DNA of 64,000 nucleotides from Kiritimatiellia bacterium (GTDB taxonomy: Bacteria; Verrucomicrobiota; Kiritimatiellia; RFP12; UBA1067), in contig JBMNFY010000017.1 of the NCBI GenBank assembly GCA_050949565.1, forward strand, positions 1,568,001-1,632,000. Reading direction: 5' to 3'. The notes below the pieces were generated by a model that had not been told where the DNA came from, ran no database searches, and was given only the letters and a program-made list of their open reading frames with translations. This document shows positions 8,246 through 17,696 of the stretch, piece by piece. The translations under genes and the position numbers were made by a program. Every line of letters begins with the position of its first letter. The stretch's first letter is position 1.

Positions 8246-10411
8246 ATGAAGAAGACACAGAAAAAAAAGAAAACCGCGCCCGCAACACCAGACGCCTATG
8301 AGTTCCTGAACCGGGAACTCAGTTGGCTTGAGTTCAACCAGCGTGTGCTTCTCGAGGCATGCAACCCGAAGGTGCCGTTGCTCGAGCGCCTGAAATTTCT
8401 CTCCATCACTGCCTCGAATCTGGACGAGTTCTGCATGGTCCGCGTCGGCGGGCTCAAGATGCTGGTCGCGGCCAACATCCGCCGCACTGATCCTTCCGGC
8501 ATGACGCCGCGCCAGCAGCTTGTCGCTTTCACGCGCCGCATGCGCAAGATGGTGGCGGATCAGTACGAGTTGCTTGAGGTCCTCTCGAAGGAGCTTGCCA
8601 AGCACGGCTTTGTCATACAGGAAAGTGTGGAGGATCTCTCTGACGAGCAGCGCAAATGGCTCGAGCGCGAGTTCATGGACAACATTTTCCCGCTGCTCTC
8701 ACCTGTCGGCGTGGGCGAGGAGCGTCCCTTCCGCCCAGCAGGGCTACTGTCGCATTGCGTGGCCACGCTTGCTCCAACCACACCGGACGAAGCCTCGCGT
8801 ATGGTCTTCATCCCGCTGGGACCGAAACTCCCGCGCTTCATCAGAATCCCCGACGCTGACGGCCGCGCCGTCTTCATCCCGATCGAACAGGTCGTGGCGT
8901 GGCAGGTCGCCGCAGTCGTGGAGGGTCAGTCGGTTGTCGAATGCGTGCCGTTCAGGGTCACGCGCAACGCTGACATCGAACTGCGTGAGGATTTGTCATC
9001 CGACCTGCTCGCCGGCATGCAGGAGCTGCTCGACGACCGCCGCGAGACGGAGTGTATCCGCCTTGAGATCCACTGCCGCGCCACACGCGCGCTCGTGGGC
9101 GCGATGAAACAACAGCTTGGCCTCGAACAGGCGGATGTCTATTTAGTGGACGGCCCCGTGGAGCTGCGCAGTCTCATGTCGGTCACTCAGACAGACGGCT
9201 TTGAAGACCTGCGCGACGAGCCATGGGAACCGGTTCCCTCGCCGGATGTGGACATCAAGGAGTCCATGTTCCCACAGATCGCGCAAGGCGACATTCTGCT
9301 CGTGCATCCCTACGATTCATTCGACCCCGTCGTAAAACTCCTCAACGACGCCGCCGATGACCCGCAGGTATTGGCGATCAAGCAGGTGCTCTACCGTACC
9401 GCCTCGCAGAGCGCGATCGTGGAGGCGCTCATCCGCGCCGCACAGGTCGGCAAGCACGTCACCGTACTCATCGAGTTGAAGGCCCGTTTCGACGAAGCGC
9501 GAAACATCTCACAGGCGCGCAGGCTCGAACTCGCGGGCGCACATGTCGTCTACGGCGTGCGTTCGCTCAAGACACACGCGAAAATCTGTCTCGTTGTCCG
9601 GCGCGAGCCGCAGGGCATCGTGCGCTATGTGCACTTTGGCACCGGCAACTACAACGAAAAGACGGCCACGCTGTACAGCGACGTCGGGCTCTTCACCTGC
9701 CGCAACGACTTTGGCGCGGATGCCTCCGACGTCTTCAACGCCATCACTGGCTACTCCCAGCCGCAATCGCTGCGTCGCCTTGAGGTGGCCCCTTTCTCGA
9801 TCCGCTCCACCATCCTTGCGCTCATCGCCAACGAGGCCGAACGTGCCCGCAACAATGAAAAAGCCGAGATCACGATGAAAATGAACTCGCTCAGCGACAA
9901 GGGTATCATCGCCGCCCTCTACAGCGCTTCCAAGGCCGGTGTGAAGATCAGGCTGAACATCCGCGGCATTTGTTGCCTCAAGCCCGGCGTCCCGGGCATG
10001 AGCGAAAACATCACCGTTGTCAGCATCGTGGACTACTACCTTGAGCACGCCCGTATTTTCCGCTTCCGCAACGGCGGCCTGGATGACCTCTACATCTCCA
10101 GTGCCGACATGATGACGCGCAACCTCGACAAGCGCATCGAACTCATGATTCCTGTGCTCGCACCCGGTCCGCGAAAAAAACTTCTCGCGACCCTCGATGT
10201 TTACTTTACCGACTGCGTAAAAGCGCGTACTCTTTGCGCGGACGGTGAGTACCGTCCTGTCGCCGCGCGCGGCAAGGAGAAACCCATCAGAGCCCAGGAG
10301 GAGCTTTACAGGCGGGCCAAAGCCGCCGCCAGCCTCAAGGAGCAGACGAAGCCCACGATGCTTGAGCCCCACCACCGGAAACGCAACCCGCAAACGGACG
10401 TAAAACTTTGA
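8246..10411 (+). CDS. ppk1: Polyphosphate kinase 1
   Basis: FLNRELSWLEFNQRVL, SNLDEF, HPYDSF, ELKARFDE, KTHAK, HFGTGNYN, LEHARI, SSADMMTRNLDKRIE. Confidence 0.97.
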   Translation: MKKTQKKKKTAPATPDAYEFLNRELSWLEFNQRVLLEACNPKVPLLERLKFLSITASNLDEFCMVRVGGLKMLVAANIRRTDPSGMTPRQQLVAFTRRMRKMVADQYELLEVLSKELAKHGFVIQESVEDLSDEQRKWLEREFMDNIFPLLSPVGVGEERPFRPAGLLSHCVATLAPTTPDEASRMVFIPLGPKLPRFIRIPDADGRAVFIPIEQVVAWQVAAVVEGQSVVECVPFRVTRNADIELREDLSSDLLAGMQELLDDRRETECIRLEIHCRATRALVGAMKQQLGLEQADVYLVDGPVELRSLMSVTQTDGFEDLRDEPWEPVPSPDVDIKESMFPQIAQGDILLVHPYDSFDPVVKLLNDAADDPQVLAIKQVLYRTASQSAIVEALIRAAQVGKHVTVLIELKARFDEARNISQARRLELAGAHVVYGVRSLKTHAKICLVVRREPQGIVRYVHFGTGNYNEKTATLYSDVGLFTCRNDFGADASDVFNAITGYSQPQSLRRLEVAPFSIRSTILALIANEAERARNNEKAEITMKMNSLSDKGIIAALYSASKAGVKIRLNIRGICCLKPGVPGMSENITVVSIVDYYLEHARIFRFRNGGLDDLYISSADMMTRNLDKRIELMIPVLAPGPRKKLLATLDVYFTDCVKARTLCADGEYRPVAARGKEKPIRAQEELYRRAKAAASLKEQTKPTMLEPHHRKRNPQTDVKL

Positions 10412-11589
10412 GTAACGACAACAAGAAACAAAATGGTAAAACGGCACGCAGCATCGGCATCCTGACCGCAGGTGGCGACTGCCCAGGTCTCAACGCCGCC
10501 ATCCGCGCGGTGGCCAAATCGGCCATGCACTACGGCATCCAAGTCGTCGGTTTCCTTGACGGCTTCCGCGGCCTCGTTGAAAACCGCTACATCCCGCTCG
10601 AAGACCGTACCGTGAGCGGCATCATCACGCTCGGCGGCACGATCCTCGGATCAAGCCGCGACAAGCCGCATAAGATGGATATGGGGGGCACCATCATGGA
10701 TATGACCGATGTCGCCGTGGCCAACGCCGACAGGCTCAACCTCGACTGCCTCGTGTGCCTCGGCGGTAACGGCACGCAGAAAAACGCCTACCGCCTCTCG
10801 CAAAAGGGCCTCAACATCATCACGCTACCGAAAACGATCGACAACGACGTCGTCCTGACCGACACCTGCTTTGGCTACGACACCGCCAAATCGATCGCAA
10901 CCGAGGCTATCGACCGCCTCCACACCACCGCAAGCAGCCACCACCGTCTCATCGCCGTCGAAATCATGGGGCATTCCGCTGGCTGGCTGGCGCTCGGCGC
11001 CGGTATCGCGGGCGGTGCCGACGTCATCCTAATTCCAGAAATCAAATATGACATCCACGCCGTCGCCGATTTCATCAACACCCGCCGCCACCGTGGCAAG
11101 CGCTTCTCCATCGTCGCCGTGGCCGAAGGAGCCATCGCCATCGACGATCAGCCCGAAGACGAGGATGAAGAGGACAGCGACCCCAAGCCGCAGAAGAAAA
11201 ACGGCAAGAAAAAGAACGGTGAAGCCAACGGTAACACCCCCGTAAAGCTACCACAGAAGCCTCGTATGATACGCGAATCCAAGGTTAGCCGCATCGTCCG
11301 TGACCTCCAGCAACTCACCGGCATCGATGCGCGCATGACCCAGCTCGGCCACATCCAGCGCGGCGGCACCCCTACCCCGGCCGACCGGCTGCTCTGTACC
11401 CGGCTCGGTGCAATGGCCGGCGAACTCATCGACGCCCGCGAGTACAACGTGATGGTCGCCGTGCGCGGTGACGATTGCGTCGCCGTGCCTCTTGAGGATG
11501 TCGCCGGGCACGTTCGCACCGTGCCGCAGGACCACCCTTGGATCAAGACCGCGCGCCTCCTCGGTACCTGCATGGGCGATGCATCCTGA
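10408..11589 (+). CDS. pfkA: 6-phosphofructokinase (PfkA family, group III-like)
   Basis: ILTAGGDCPGLNA, GGTILGSSR, GGNGT, PKTIDND, EIMGH, GHIQRGG; start overlaps the ppk1 stop. Confidence 0.93.
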   Translation: MSNDNKKQNGKTARSIGILTAGGDCPGLNAAIRAVAKSAMHYGIQVVGFLDGFRGLVENRYIPLEDRTVSGIITLGGTILGSSRDKPHKMDMGGTIMDMTDVAVANADRLNLDCLVCLGGNGTQKNAYRLSQKGLNIITLPKTIDNDVVLTDTCFGYDTAKSIATEAIDRLHTTASSHHRLIAVEIMGHSAGWLALGAGIAGGADVILIPEIKYDIHAVADFINTRRHRGKRFSIVAVAEGAIAIDDQPEDEDEEDSDPKPQKKNGKKKNGEANGNTPVKLPQKPRMIRESKVSRIVRDLQQLTGIDARMTQLGHIQRGGTPTPADRLLCTRLGAMAGELIDAREYNVMVAVRGDDCVAVPLEDVAGHVRTVPQDHPWIKTARLLGTCMGDAS

Positions 11590-11720
11590 ATCGCGTCCCG
11601 ATGTGATTCCGATGTTGCGGCAACGGCGGAGCTACGGTATGATGGGGGGCATTTGTTGGTTTCCCTGAAATAAAAAGTCGGCCGGGTGGTCGACGCAGGG
11701 GACGCGAGGTGTTGCTTGCC

Positions 11721-12881
11721 ATGATTCGCATTCAGATTACCTGCCTGTGCGCAGTGTGCGTTCTGCTGGCGTCCGGTTGCGGTTCGGACTCCGGACAAAG
11801 CGCGTTGCGCCGCGGCATGGCCGCCTTCGGTGAGAAGAACTACCCCGAAGCGATCACCCACTTGACGCTCGCCTCGCAACGCATCACAGACTCACCGGAT
11901 CTTTACTATCACCTCGGCTGCGCCCACCTGCTCAAGGGCGAGCTGGATCCCGCCGCTGCTGCCTTCAAGGCCGCGTTCGATCTGGATCCGAAGCATGGCG
12001 AAACCCTTGCCGGGCTCGGCCAGCTTGCCTACTACACCAAGGAGCTGCCCAAAGCCCAGATCTTCTTCCGTCAGGCACTGGAAGCAGAAACCACCAGCGA
12101 TGAGTCGCGCGCCAGCATCCTCACCGGCCTGGCGCTGACCGAAGCCGCGCTCCGCCGCAACGATCAGGCGCGCCTCTGCCTGCTACGCGCCCAGCAGACC
12201 GACCGGCGCTACGCACCCGCGTTCTACAATCTCGGCGCCCTCTATCTGAATGTCTACTCGCTGCGTGAAGAGGCGCTCGATCAGTTCGAACTCTTCGTGC
12301 GCCTCACCGACGCCTCCGACCCCTATCAAGAAAAGGCGCGCAACCAGATCACCCGTCTGCGCGCCGCGCTGAACCGCGCTAAGGCCGAAGAGCTTGATCG
12401 TGTGCGCCGTGACCCCGACCTCGCTGCACGCCGCCTGCATGAAGGGATCGACGCCCAGTGTGCGCGACAGTTCACCAAGGCGATCAGATGCTACCGCGAA
12501 GCGCTAAATGCCGACCCGCTGGCTTTTAACGCCGCCTTCGGTCTGGGCAAGCTCTACCGCGACCAGAAACAACCAGCCGAGGCGCTGGAGGCCTTCAAAC
12601 GCGCCGCTGCCATCAATCCCGTCCATCAGGACAGTCTGCTTCAGGCCGCCGTCCTGGCGGTGCAGCTCAGGCGTTATGATGAAGCCGAACGTATTCTCGA
12701 TCTTGCCATCGCGCGATCTCCCTTCACCCCGGAAAGCGCCGATCTCATGGCCCGTATCCGTCACGCTCAAGGACGTTACGCCGAGGCACGCGCCTACGGC
12801 CAGTTCTATCTCTCATTGCTACGTCCCGATGCAGAAGGACGTGATGCCTACGAAAAGTGGGTCAACGCGCTACCGAAATAA
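11721..12881 (+). CDS. TPR-repeat lipoprotein
   Basis: Lipobox LASGC after a hydrophobic stretch; repeated TPR patterns (YYHLG, FYNLG, AFGLG). Confidence 0.8.
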   Translation: MIRIQITCLCAVCVLLASGCGSDSGQSALRRGMAAFGEKNYPEAITHLTLASQRITDSPDLYYHLGCAHLLKGELDPAAAAFKAAFDLDPKHGETLAGLGQLAYYTKELPKAQIFFRQALEAETTSDESRASILTGLALTEAALRRNDQARLCLLRAQQTDRRYAPAFYNLGALYLNVYSLREEALDQFELFVRLTDASDPYQEKARNQITRLRAALNRAKAEELDRVRRDPDLAARRLHEGIDAQCARQFTKAIRCYREALNADPLAFNAAFGLGKLYRDQKQPAEALEAFKRAAAINPVHQDSLLQAAVLAVQLRRYDEAERILDLAIARSPFTPESADLMARIRHAQGRYAEARAYGQFYLSLLRPDAEGRDAYEKWVNALPK

Positions 12882-12895
12882 CCAAGGAGCCTCCC

Positions 12896-13438
12896 ATGCC
12901 TGCCTTTTTAGCCCAGATGTCGCTGCTTGATTACCTGGCGTTTGGCGCTGTCGCCTGGCTGGTGATCCGCGGCTTTATGCGTGGTTGTTCTGGCGAACTT
13001 AGCGGCTTGGTCGGCCTGCTGGCCGCCGCCGCGATCGGCTACTTCGGTTTCGCGCCGCTCGAACGCACCATACTGGCTGCCAAACTGCTCGCCGCCAACC
13101 CCTACGCTGCGCGGCTGATCACCTTCATGTTGATCCTCGTGGCCTGCTTCTCCGTCTGGCTAATCATCGCCCGCACGCTGAAAGATGCGCTGGAGCTGGT
13201 TGTGGGACAACCCTTCGATGCGCTGCTCGGTGGCATCATCGGTGGCACCAAGGCCTTTGTTGCCATCGCCGTACTCTGCACCCTCGGCCTACTCAACCCA
13301 CGCGAGGCTGATCGCGCCCGCCTGAAAGACCAGTCGGTTACCGTCAAAAAATTCGCCCCGCTACTCCAGCGTATTACCACGCCGGCCCAAGGCTCGTCCG
13401 ACGAGGCATTCAGAGAGAAGCGCCAGTTGGAGGAGTGA
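12896..13438 (+). CDS. cvpA: CvpA-family membrane protein
   Basis: AAGGAG RBS; LLD..., IRGFMRGCSGEL, DALLGGIIGG; about four TM helices. Confidence 0.8.
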   Translation: MPAFLAQMSLLDYLAFGAVAWLVIRGFMRGCSGELSGLVGLLAAAAIGYFGFAPLERTILAAKLLAANPYAARLITFMLILVACFSVWLIIARTLKDALELVVGQPFDALLGGIIGGTKAFVAIAVLCTLGLLNPREADRARLKDQSVTVKKFAPLLQRITTPAQGSSDEAFREKRQLEE

Positions 13439-14019
13439 CGCCGCCGATGGACAGCGCACCGCTCGAACAATTAGACGACGCCGACCTCATGTTGCGCGTG
13501 CGCAGTCAAGATGACGAGGCCGCCTTTGCCCTGCTGGTATCGCGCCACCAAAAATCCCTGCTGAACTTTTTCATCCGTTCCGGCGTTCAATACGATAGCG
13601 AAGACCTGGTGCAACAGACCTTCCTGCGGCTCTACCGCTACCGACAGCGCTATGTGGCGAGTGCCAAGTTCACGACTTTCCTCTTCCTGCTGGCGCGGCA
13701 GGTGTGGATCGACGAATTGCGTCGCCGGCAGCGCCGACAGCGGCTGGCCGAGAGCCTAGCCGCCGAACCGTACGAGGAGTTCGCCGCTCCGGCCGCCCCC
13801 AGCGCCGGTGTAGAGGGCGATCTTGATCTCGCACGCGCTCTGGCGGCTCTGTCCGAGGGGTTGCGCCAAGTCATCGAACTGGCGGTCTATCAGGATCTGC
13901 CCTATGCCGAGGTGGCAGAGATTCTGAAGATTCCAGTCGGGACTGTGAAGTCAAGGATGTTCAACGCGCTCGCTAAACTGCGCGAGATGCTAGGGGAAAA
14001 GAGAGGAGACACGCCATGA
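13435..14019 (+). CDS. ECF RNA polymerase sigma factor
   Basis: SEDLVQQTFLRLY, FTTFLF, YAEVAEILKIPVGTVKSRMFNA. Confidence 0.93.
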   Translation: MTPPMDSAPLEQLDDADLMLRVRSQDDEAAFALLVSRHQKSLLNFFIRSGVQYDSEDLVQQTFLRLYRYRQRYVASAKFTTFLFLLARQVWIDELRRRQRRQRLAESLAAEPYEEFAAPAAPSAGVEGDLDLARALAALSEGLRQVIELAVYQDLPYAEVAEILKIPVGTVKSRMFNALAKLREMLGEKRGDTP

Positions 14020-15149
14020 ACCTGTACGCCCACTTGAGCGAATTGCCCGCCGCCGAGGCCACCGCCTTCCGTGCGCTGGTCACCCGCCTGCGTGCCCAGC
14101 CCCAGCACGAGCCATCCCCCCTGCTCACCTCCCGCATCATGGCCGCCGTCGCCGCCGAACGCGCCCACCCCACCCCCAACGTGCAACCAGAAACCAGAAA
14201 CCAGAAACCAGAAACCAGAAACCCAAAACTCTGGTATTGGGCCGCAGCCGGTCTCGCGGCCTGTCTGCTGGCCGTACTGACCCTTTTCGACCGCCCCGCC
14301 GCATCGACCGCCGCCGATCCGACGACCGCTTGGCTCGCCGCCAACCAAGAAGCGGACGGCTCATGGCAGCCGGCACGCCACGGCGGCGACTCGGCCTACC
14401 GTCCAGCCCTGACTGCGCTAGCTGCACTCGCTCTGGCGCGCGATCCCGCCGACCGCTTCAGTACCAACGTGCAGCGCGCCTGCGATGCATTGACCGCGCT
14501 CCAGACCCCCGACGGCACGTTCGGCGGCACGGGTCGTGTCCGCGCCTACAATCATGCACTCGCCACCTACGCGCTGGCCACACTCGCCCCGCAGGACGGC
14601 CCCGCCGCCGTTGCGCTCGAACGCGCCGTGGCCTACAGCCGCGCCAACCAGAGCGTCGAAGGCGGCTGGGACTACGAGCCCGGCTCCGAGGGCAATGCCG
14701 CCGTGACCTCTTGGCAGGTTCAGGCGCTGGCCGCGGCTGCTGCAAAAGGGATCAGTCAGGCGAATATCCCGCTACGCAAAGGACTGATTTGGCTGAGAGG
14801 TGCCGCGCGCGACGACGGCGGCGTTGCGTACCATCGCGGCTCGCCCGGCCGTTCCGAGGGCCTCGCCGCGCTGACCGCCCACACGCTGATGACCTCGGGC
14901 CAGGCGTTCGAAGGTCTCCCAGCGATCGGTCGCCGTTTGACCGTCAACCTCACCGCTGAAGACAGCACAGCCGACTGCTACCGCGATTGCGCCAAAGTCA
15001 TGGCCTTTGAATCGGCCGGCGATACCGCGCGCGCCGAGACCGTACGCGACGGCATGCAACTGCGCCGTCAAGCCGGCTCGCAAGATCCGTGGGAACCGAT
15101 CGGCGGCACGCTCTACACCTGCGCCTTCACAGCCCTGGCGCACAAGTAA
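14016..15149 (+). CDS. Putative anti-sigma factor with one TM helix and a prenyltransferase/squalene-cyclase (QW-repeat) periplasmic domain
   Basis: ATGA-coupled to the ECF sigma; TM WYWAAAGLAACLLAVLTLF; NQEADGSW, LQTPDGTF, NQSVEGGWDY repeats. Confidence 0.7.
   Translation: MNLYAHLSELPAAEATAFRALVTRLRAQPQHEPSPLLTSRIMAAVAAERAHPTPNVQPETRNQKPETRNPKLWYWAAAGLAACLLAVLTLFDRPAASTAADPTTAWLAANQEADGSWQPARHGGDSAYRPALTALAALALARDPADRFSTNVQRACDALTALQTPDGTFGGTGRVRAYNHALATYALATLAPQDGPAAVALERAVAYSRANQSVEGGWDYEPGSEGNAAVTSWQVQALAAAAAKGISQANIPLRKGLIWLRGAARDDGGVAYHRGSPGRSEGLAALTAHTLMTSGQAFEGLPAIGRRLTVNLTAEDSTADCYRDCAKVMAFESAGDTARAETVRDGMQLRRQAGSQDPWEPIGGTLYTCAFTALAHK
14185..14226 (+). repeat. Intragenic heptamer SSR (AACCAGA)5 + AACCCAA
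   Basis: Five perfect units and one variant, 42 bp in total, frame-preserving. Confidence 0.95.
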
Positions 15150-15182
15150 ATGGCTTTCCGGCGGCGTAAGCGCCGCCGCCCA

Positions 15183-15394
15183 CCACCTTGCACTCCGCGC
15201 CCCTCTCGTACCCACGCACCTCGCGCCACCTTGCACTCCGCGCCCCTCTCGTACCCACGCACCTCGCGCCACCTTGCACTCCGCGCCCCTCTCGTACCCA
15301 CGCACCTCGCGCCACCTTGCACTCCGCGCCCCTCTCGTACCCACGCACCTCGCGCCACCTTGCACTCCGCGCCCCTCTCGTACCCACGCACCTC
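15183..15394 (+). repeat. 43-bp tandem repeat, about 5 identical copies (VNTR)
   Basis: CCACCTTGCACTCCGCGCCCCTCTCGTACCCACGCACCTCGCG at 15183, 15226, 15269, 15312 and 15355 (last copy partial). Confidence 0.97.
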
Positions 15395-15425
15395 CGTGTG
15401 CGTGGGCGTGGGCGTGGCCATGTGC

Positions 15426-16016
15426 TCACTCTTTCCCCGTCCGGGCACGACGTCGCGCAAGCGCCCGGTGCGTCAGAAAACCGACAAGCACCACCGCAGC
15501 GATCAGCGCCGCGCTCAAATGGGGCTGCCTCAGATAGGGCAGAATGTGGTCTCCGATGAAGGCACCCATCCACAGGAAAAGCAACGCCTGCACCAGCGAA
15601 GCCGCGCAGAGCATTATTAAAAAGCGCGGGAACGGGTAACGTACTATGCCAGCCACACTATAGGCCACCGTACGGGCTCCTGGCAGAAAACGCGAGAACA
15701 GCACGGCCTTGACCGCGTGACAGGCAAAAATCTCCTTCATCCGCGTAAGCCGATCGGCATTCATCCAACGGCGGCTAAGCAAGAACTGCGTCGCATAACG
15801 GCCAGTCAGATAAAGTCCCAGATCGCCAGATATCCCCCCTAAAAACATGCCAATCAACGCCACCCACGCTTCCATGTGGCCCGCCGCCACCAGCAACCCC
15901 ACACCGCAGCGGCCGGCATCCTCCAGAAAACAGGTGCCCACCGCCACTAAGAGCCCCTGCAGCCAAAGGTTATCCGAAAGGTGTTCGCAAAGCTGGAGAA
16001 AAGTCGCTTCGTTCAC
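15426..16016 (-). CDS. DedA/VTT-family membrane protein
   Basis: GDLGLYLTGR, VLFSRFLPGAR, FPRFL; start at GTG 16016 is uncertain. Confidence 0.85.
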   Translation of the reverse strand: MNEATFLQLCEHLSDNLWLQGLLVAVGTCFLEDAGRCGVGLLVAAGHMEAWVALIGMFLGGISGDLGLYLTGRYATQFLLSRRWMNADRLTRMKEIFACHAVKAVLFSRFLPGARTVAYSVAGIVRYPFPRFLIMLCAASLVQALLFLWMGAFIGDHILPYLRQPHLSAALIAAVVLVGFLTHRALARRRARTGKE

Positions 16017-16195
16017 AATGGGTTTGATTTTGCCACATTCCCCCCTCCGACGCAAGTGGCACCCTGCCGGTTTTCGCGTGTGGATGTCCTTTTGAATTGG
16101 CAAACGCCACGCGATACCGCATACTCCTTTGTAACGGTGATAATTTTGTGTAACTCGGTTTAAACCAAAGCGTCGATAAGCACTGGGAGTCTTGT

Positions 16196-16855
16196 ATGAC
16201 AGTCAGAAGGATAGAGATTGGTACGGAGGTAGGAAAAGGTTGGCGGCTTTTCAAAGCGAACATGGGCGTCTTGATCTTTGGAGGTATCTTGGCGACTATG
16301 ATTTCGGCAATCACCTGCGGTCTGTTGACGGGGCCTCTCATGGTCGGCATGCTGCTGATCGCACGACGACTGTTGAAGGGCGATCCCGACAGGCCCCAGG
16401 CTGGCGATGTGTTTAGAGGCCTTGATTTTTTCATACAGACGCTATTACTGCTGGTCATCACAGCCATTGCTGTCCTAGTCCTAGGACGCCTCCTGATGTC
16501 CATGGGAAGAATCCCGATAATCATCGGATGGTTGATTGATCTGGTCGTTTATGCTGTGGTCATGTGGGCGCTTGTTTTCGTCGCGTACGAAAAAGCGACA
16601 GCGATCGATGCCATTAAAAAGGTCTTCACTTTGATCAAAAGCGGATCGTTCACCGTGCCGCTGCTGTTTGCGATGGTCGCCGGCTTTCTTGGAAGCTTGG
16701 GTTTGGCTGTGTGCGTTGTCGGCGGATTCTTCACACTGCCGCTCACCTACTGCCTGATGGCGTGCTACTATGATACGCTCTTTGGCGACGGGCCCGAGGT
16801 GATCGATCTGATCAGTGCGCAGACGCCTCCGCCGCCGCCTGACCTGCGCTTGTAA
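16196..16855 (+). CDS. Integral membrane protein (DUF975/BPSS1780-like)
   Basis: IG..VGKGWRLFKAN, GPLMVG, multiple TM helices, Pro-rich tail. Confidence 0.7.
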   Translation: MTVRRIEIGTEVGKGWRLFKANMGVLIFGGILATMISAITCGLLTGPLMVGMLLIARRLLKGDPDRPQAGDVFRGLDFFIQTLLLLVITAIAVLVLGRLLMSMGRIPIIIGWLIDLVVYAVVMWALVFVAYEKATAIDAIKKVFTLIKSGSFTVPLLFAMVAGFLGSLGLAVCVVGGFFTLPLTYCLMACYYDTLFGDGPEVIDLISAQTPPPPPDLRL

Positions 16856-16880
16856 GGGTGACAAATAATTAAAAAACGGG

Positions 16881-16907
16881 GGCCCCTTTGCCCAAAGGGG
16901 CCTTTTT
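16881..16907 (+). terminator. Rho-independent terminator
   Basis: GGCCCCTTT-gccc-AAAGGGGCC followed by TTTTT; the upstream A-run may allow bidirectional use. Confidence 0.8.
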
Positions 16908-16944
16908 GTACCCGTCGATGCACAAAAATCAAGCCAAAAATGCC

Positions 16945-17041
16945 TGTTCATAACTGGTCGATAACTGTTAATCCGATTTTCTTGACGTGGTGAACTAACA
17001 CGCGCCTAACATTACATATCCCATTGATAATCAACATGTTA
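16945..17041. promoter_or_regulatory. Tandem DnaA-box-like motifs plus IHF site (datA/DARS-like)
   Basis: TGTTCATAA (16945), GGTCGATAA (16956), TGTTAATCC (16966); AATCAACATGTTA (17029-17041) matches WATCAANNNNTTR. Confidence 0.45.
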
Positions 17042-17160
17042 TGTGGTTTTGTTTCACATTTTCTTTCGATATATACGTATCGATTGGCGCCATACAAGCC
17101 TGTCAATAGTTTTACGACGGAAACTCACTGCTATGTACGCCGCACTGTCCGCGCCGTGCG

Positions 17161-17630
17161 TGGATTTAGGAGTTAAGAGTTTATTTGGACGTTGAGCGTT
17201 AAAGTTGAAAGTGACCGCAAGTCTGACGAAAAAATTTGGAGTGCGGCAGCAAGCGGTATTCCGCGCGACGCCGCTTTTAAAGCACGAGTGCGGTGGCAAA
17301 GCGGCGCGCAAAAGCGGTGCCGCGACCCGCGCACAGCGCGGCTCTTGTCTCCAAGATGAGTACCGAGCAACGCTTTTACTCTCAGGGTTGCGCGCCACTG
17401 CGTGGTCGCAACAAGAGAGGTTGACCCGCGACATTCGACCCGCGACCTGCGGCGATAGTAGCCCCAAAAAATCTCCGTGTCCTCTGTGTCGCTGTGAGAG
17501 AAAAACCCGAGCCACGAAACACATGAAACTTCATGAAAATCAAAGGCCCCCTTGGCGTCCTGGCGGTTCCCAAACCCAAGCTGTGCCACACCAAAAAATC
17601 TGCGTAATCGGTGTGAATCTGTGGATAAAA
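17161..17630. repeat. Mosaic of dispersed repeats upstream of mnmG
   Basis: GATTTAGGAGTT unit, ~105-bp structured repeat (17366-17470), and 9-bp-unit triplets shared with 19780, 25600-25730 and 45150. Confidence 0.75.
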
Positions 17631-17658
17631 AACCCGGATCATGCCACATCTCTACCGT

Positions 17659-17687
17659 TTGCTGTTTAACGCATGAAGGTGTATACT
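17659..17687 (+). promoter_or_regulatory. Putative sigma70 promoter of mnmG
   Basis: TTGCTG, 17 bp, TATACT; ATG at 17697. Confidence 0.55.
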
Positions 17688-17696
17688 GCATGTGTT

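Noticed and set aside
8261-8268. Phase-variable A8 tract in ppk1
   Set aside because: It is explained by Lys codons in an in-frame Lys-rich N-terminus; no evidence of slippage.
15183-15394. CRISPR array
   Set aside because: Units are identical and contiguous with no unique spacers; no cas genes nearby.
15007-15620. Several ORFs over the 43-bp array
   Set aside because: They are translations of the tandem repeat in multiple frames with no protein-like features.
17620-17628. Canonical DnaA box TGTGGATAA marking oriC at mnmG
   Set aside because: It is part of a dispersed 9-mer-array repeat; the same context recurs at 45172-45180.
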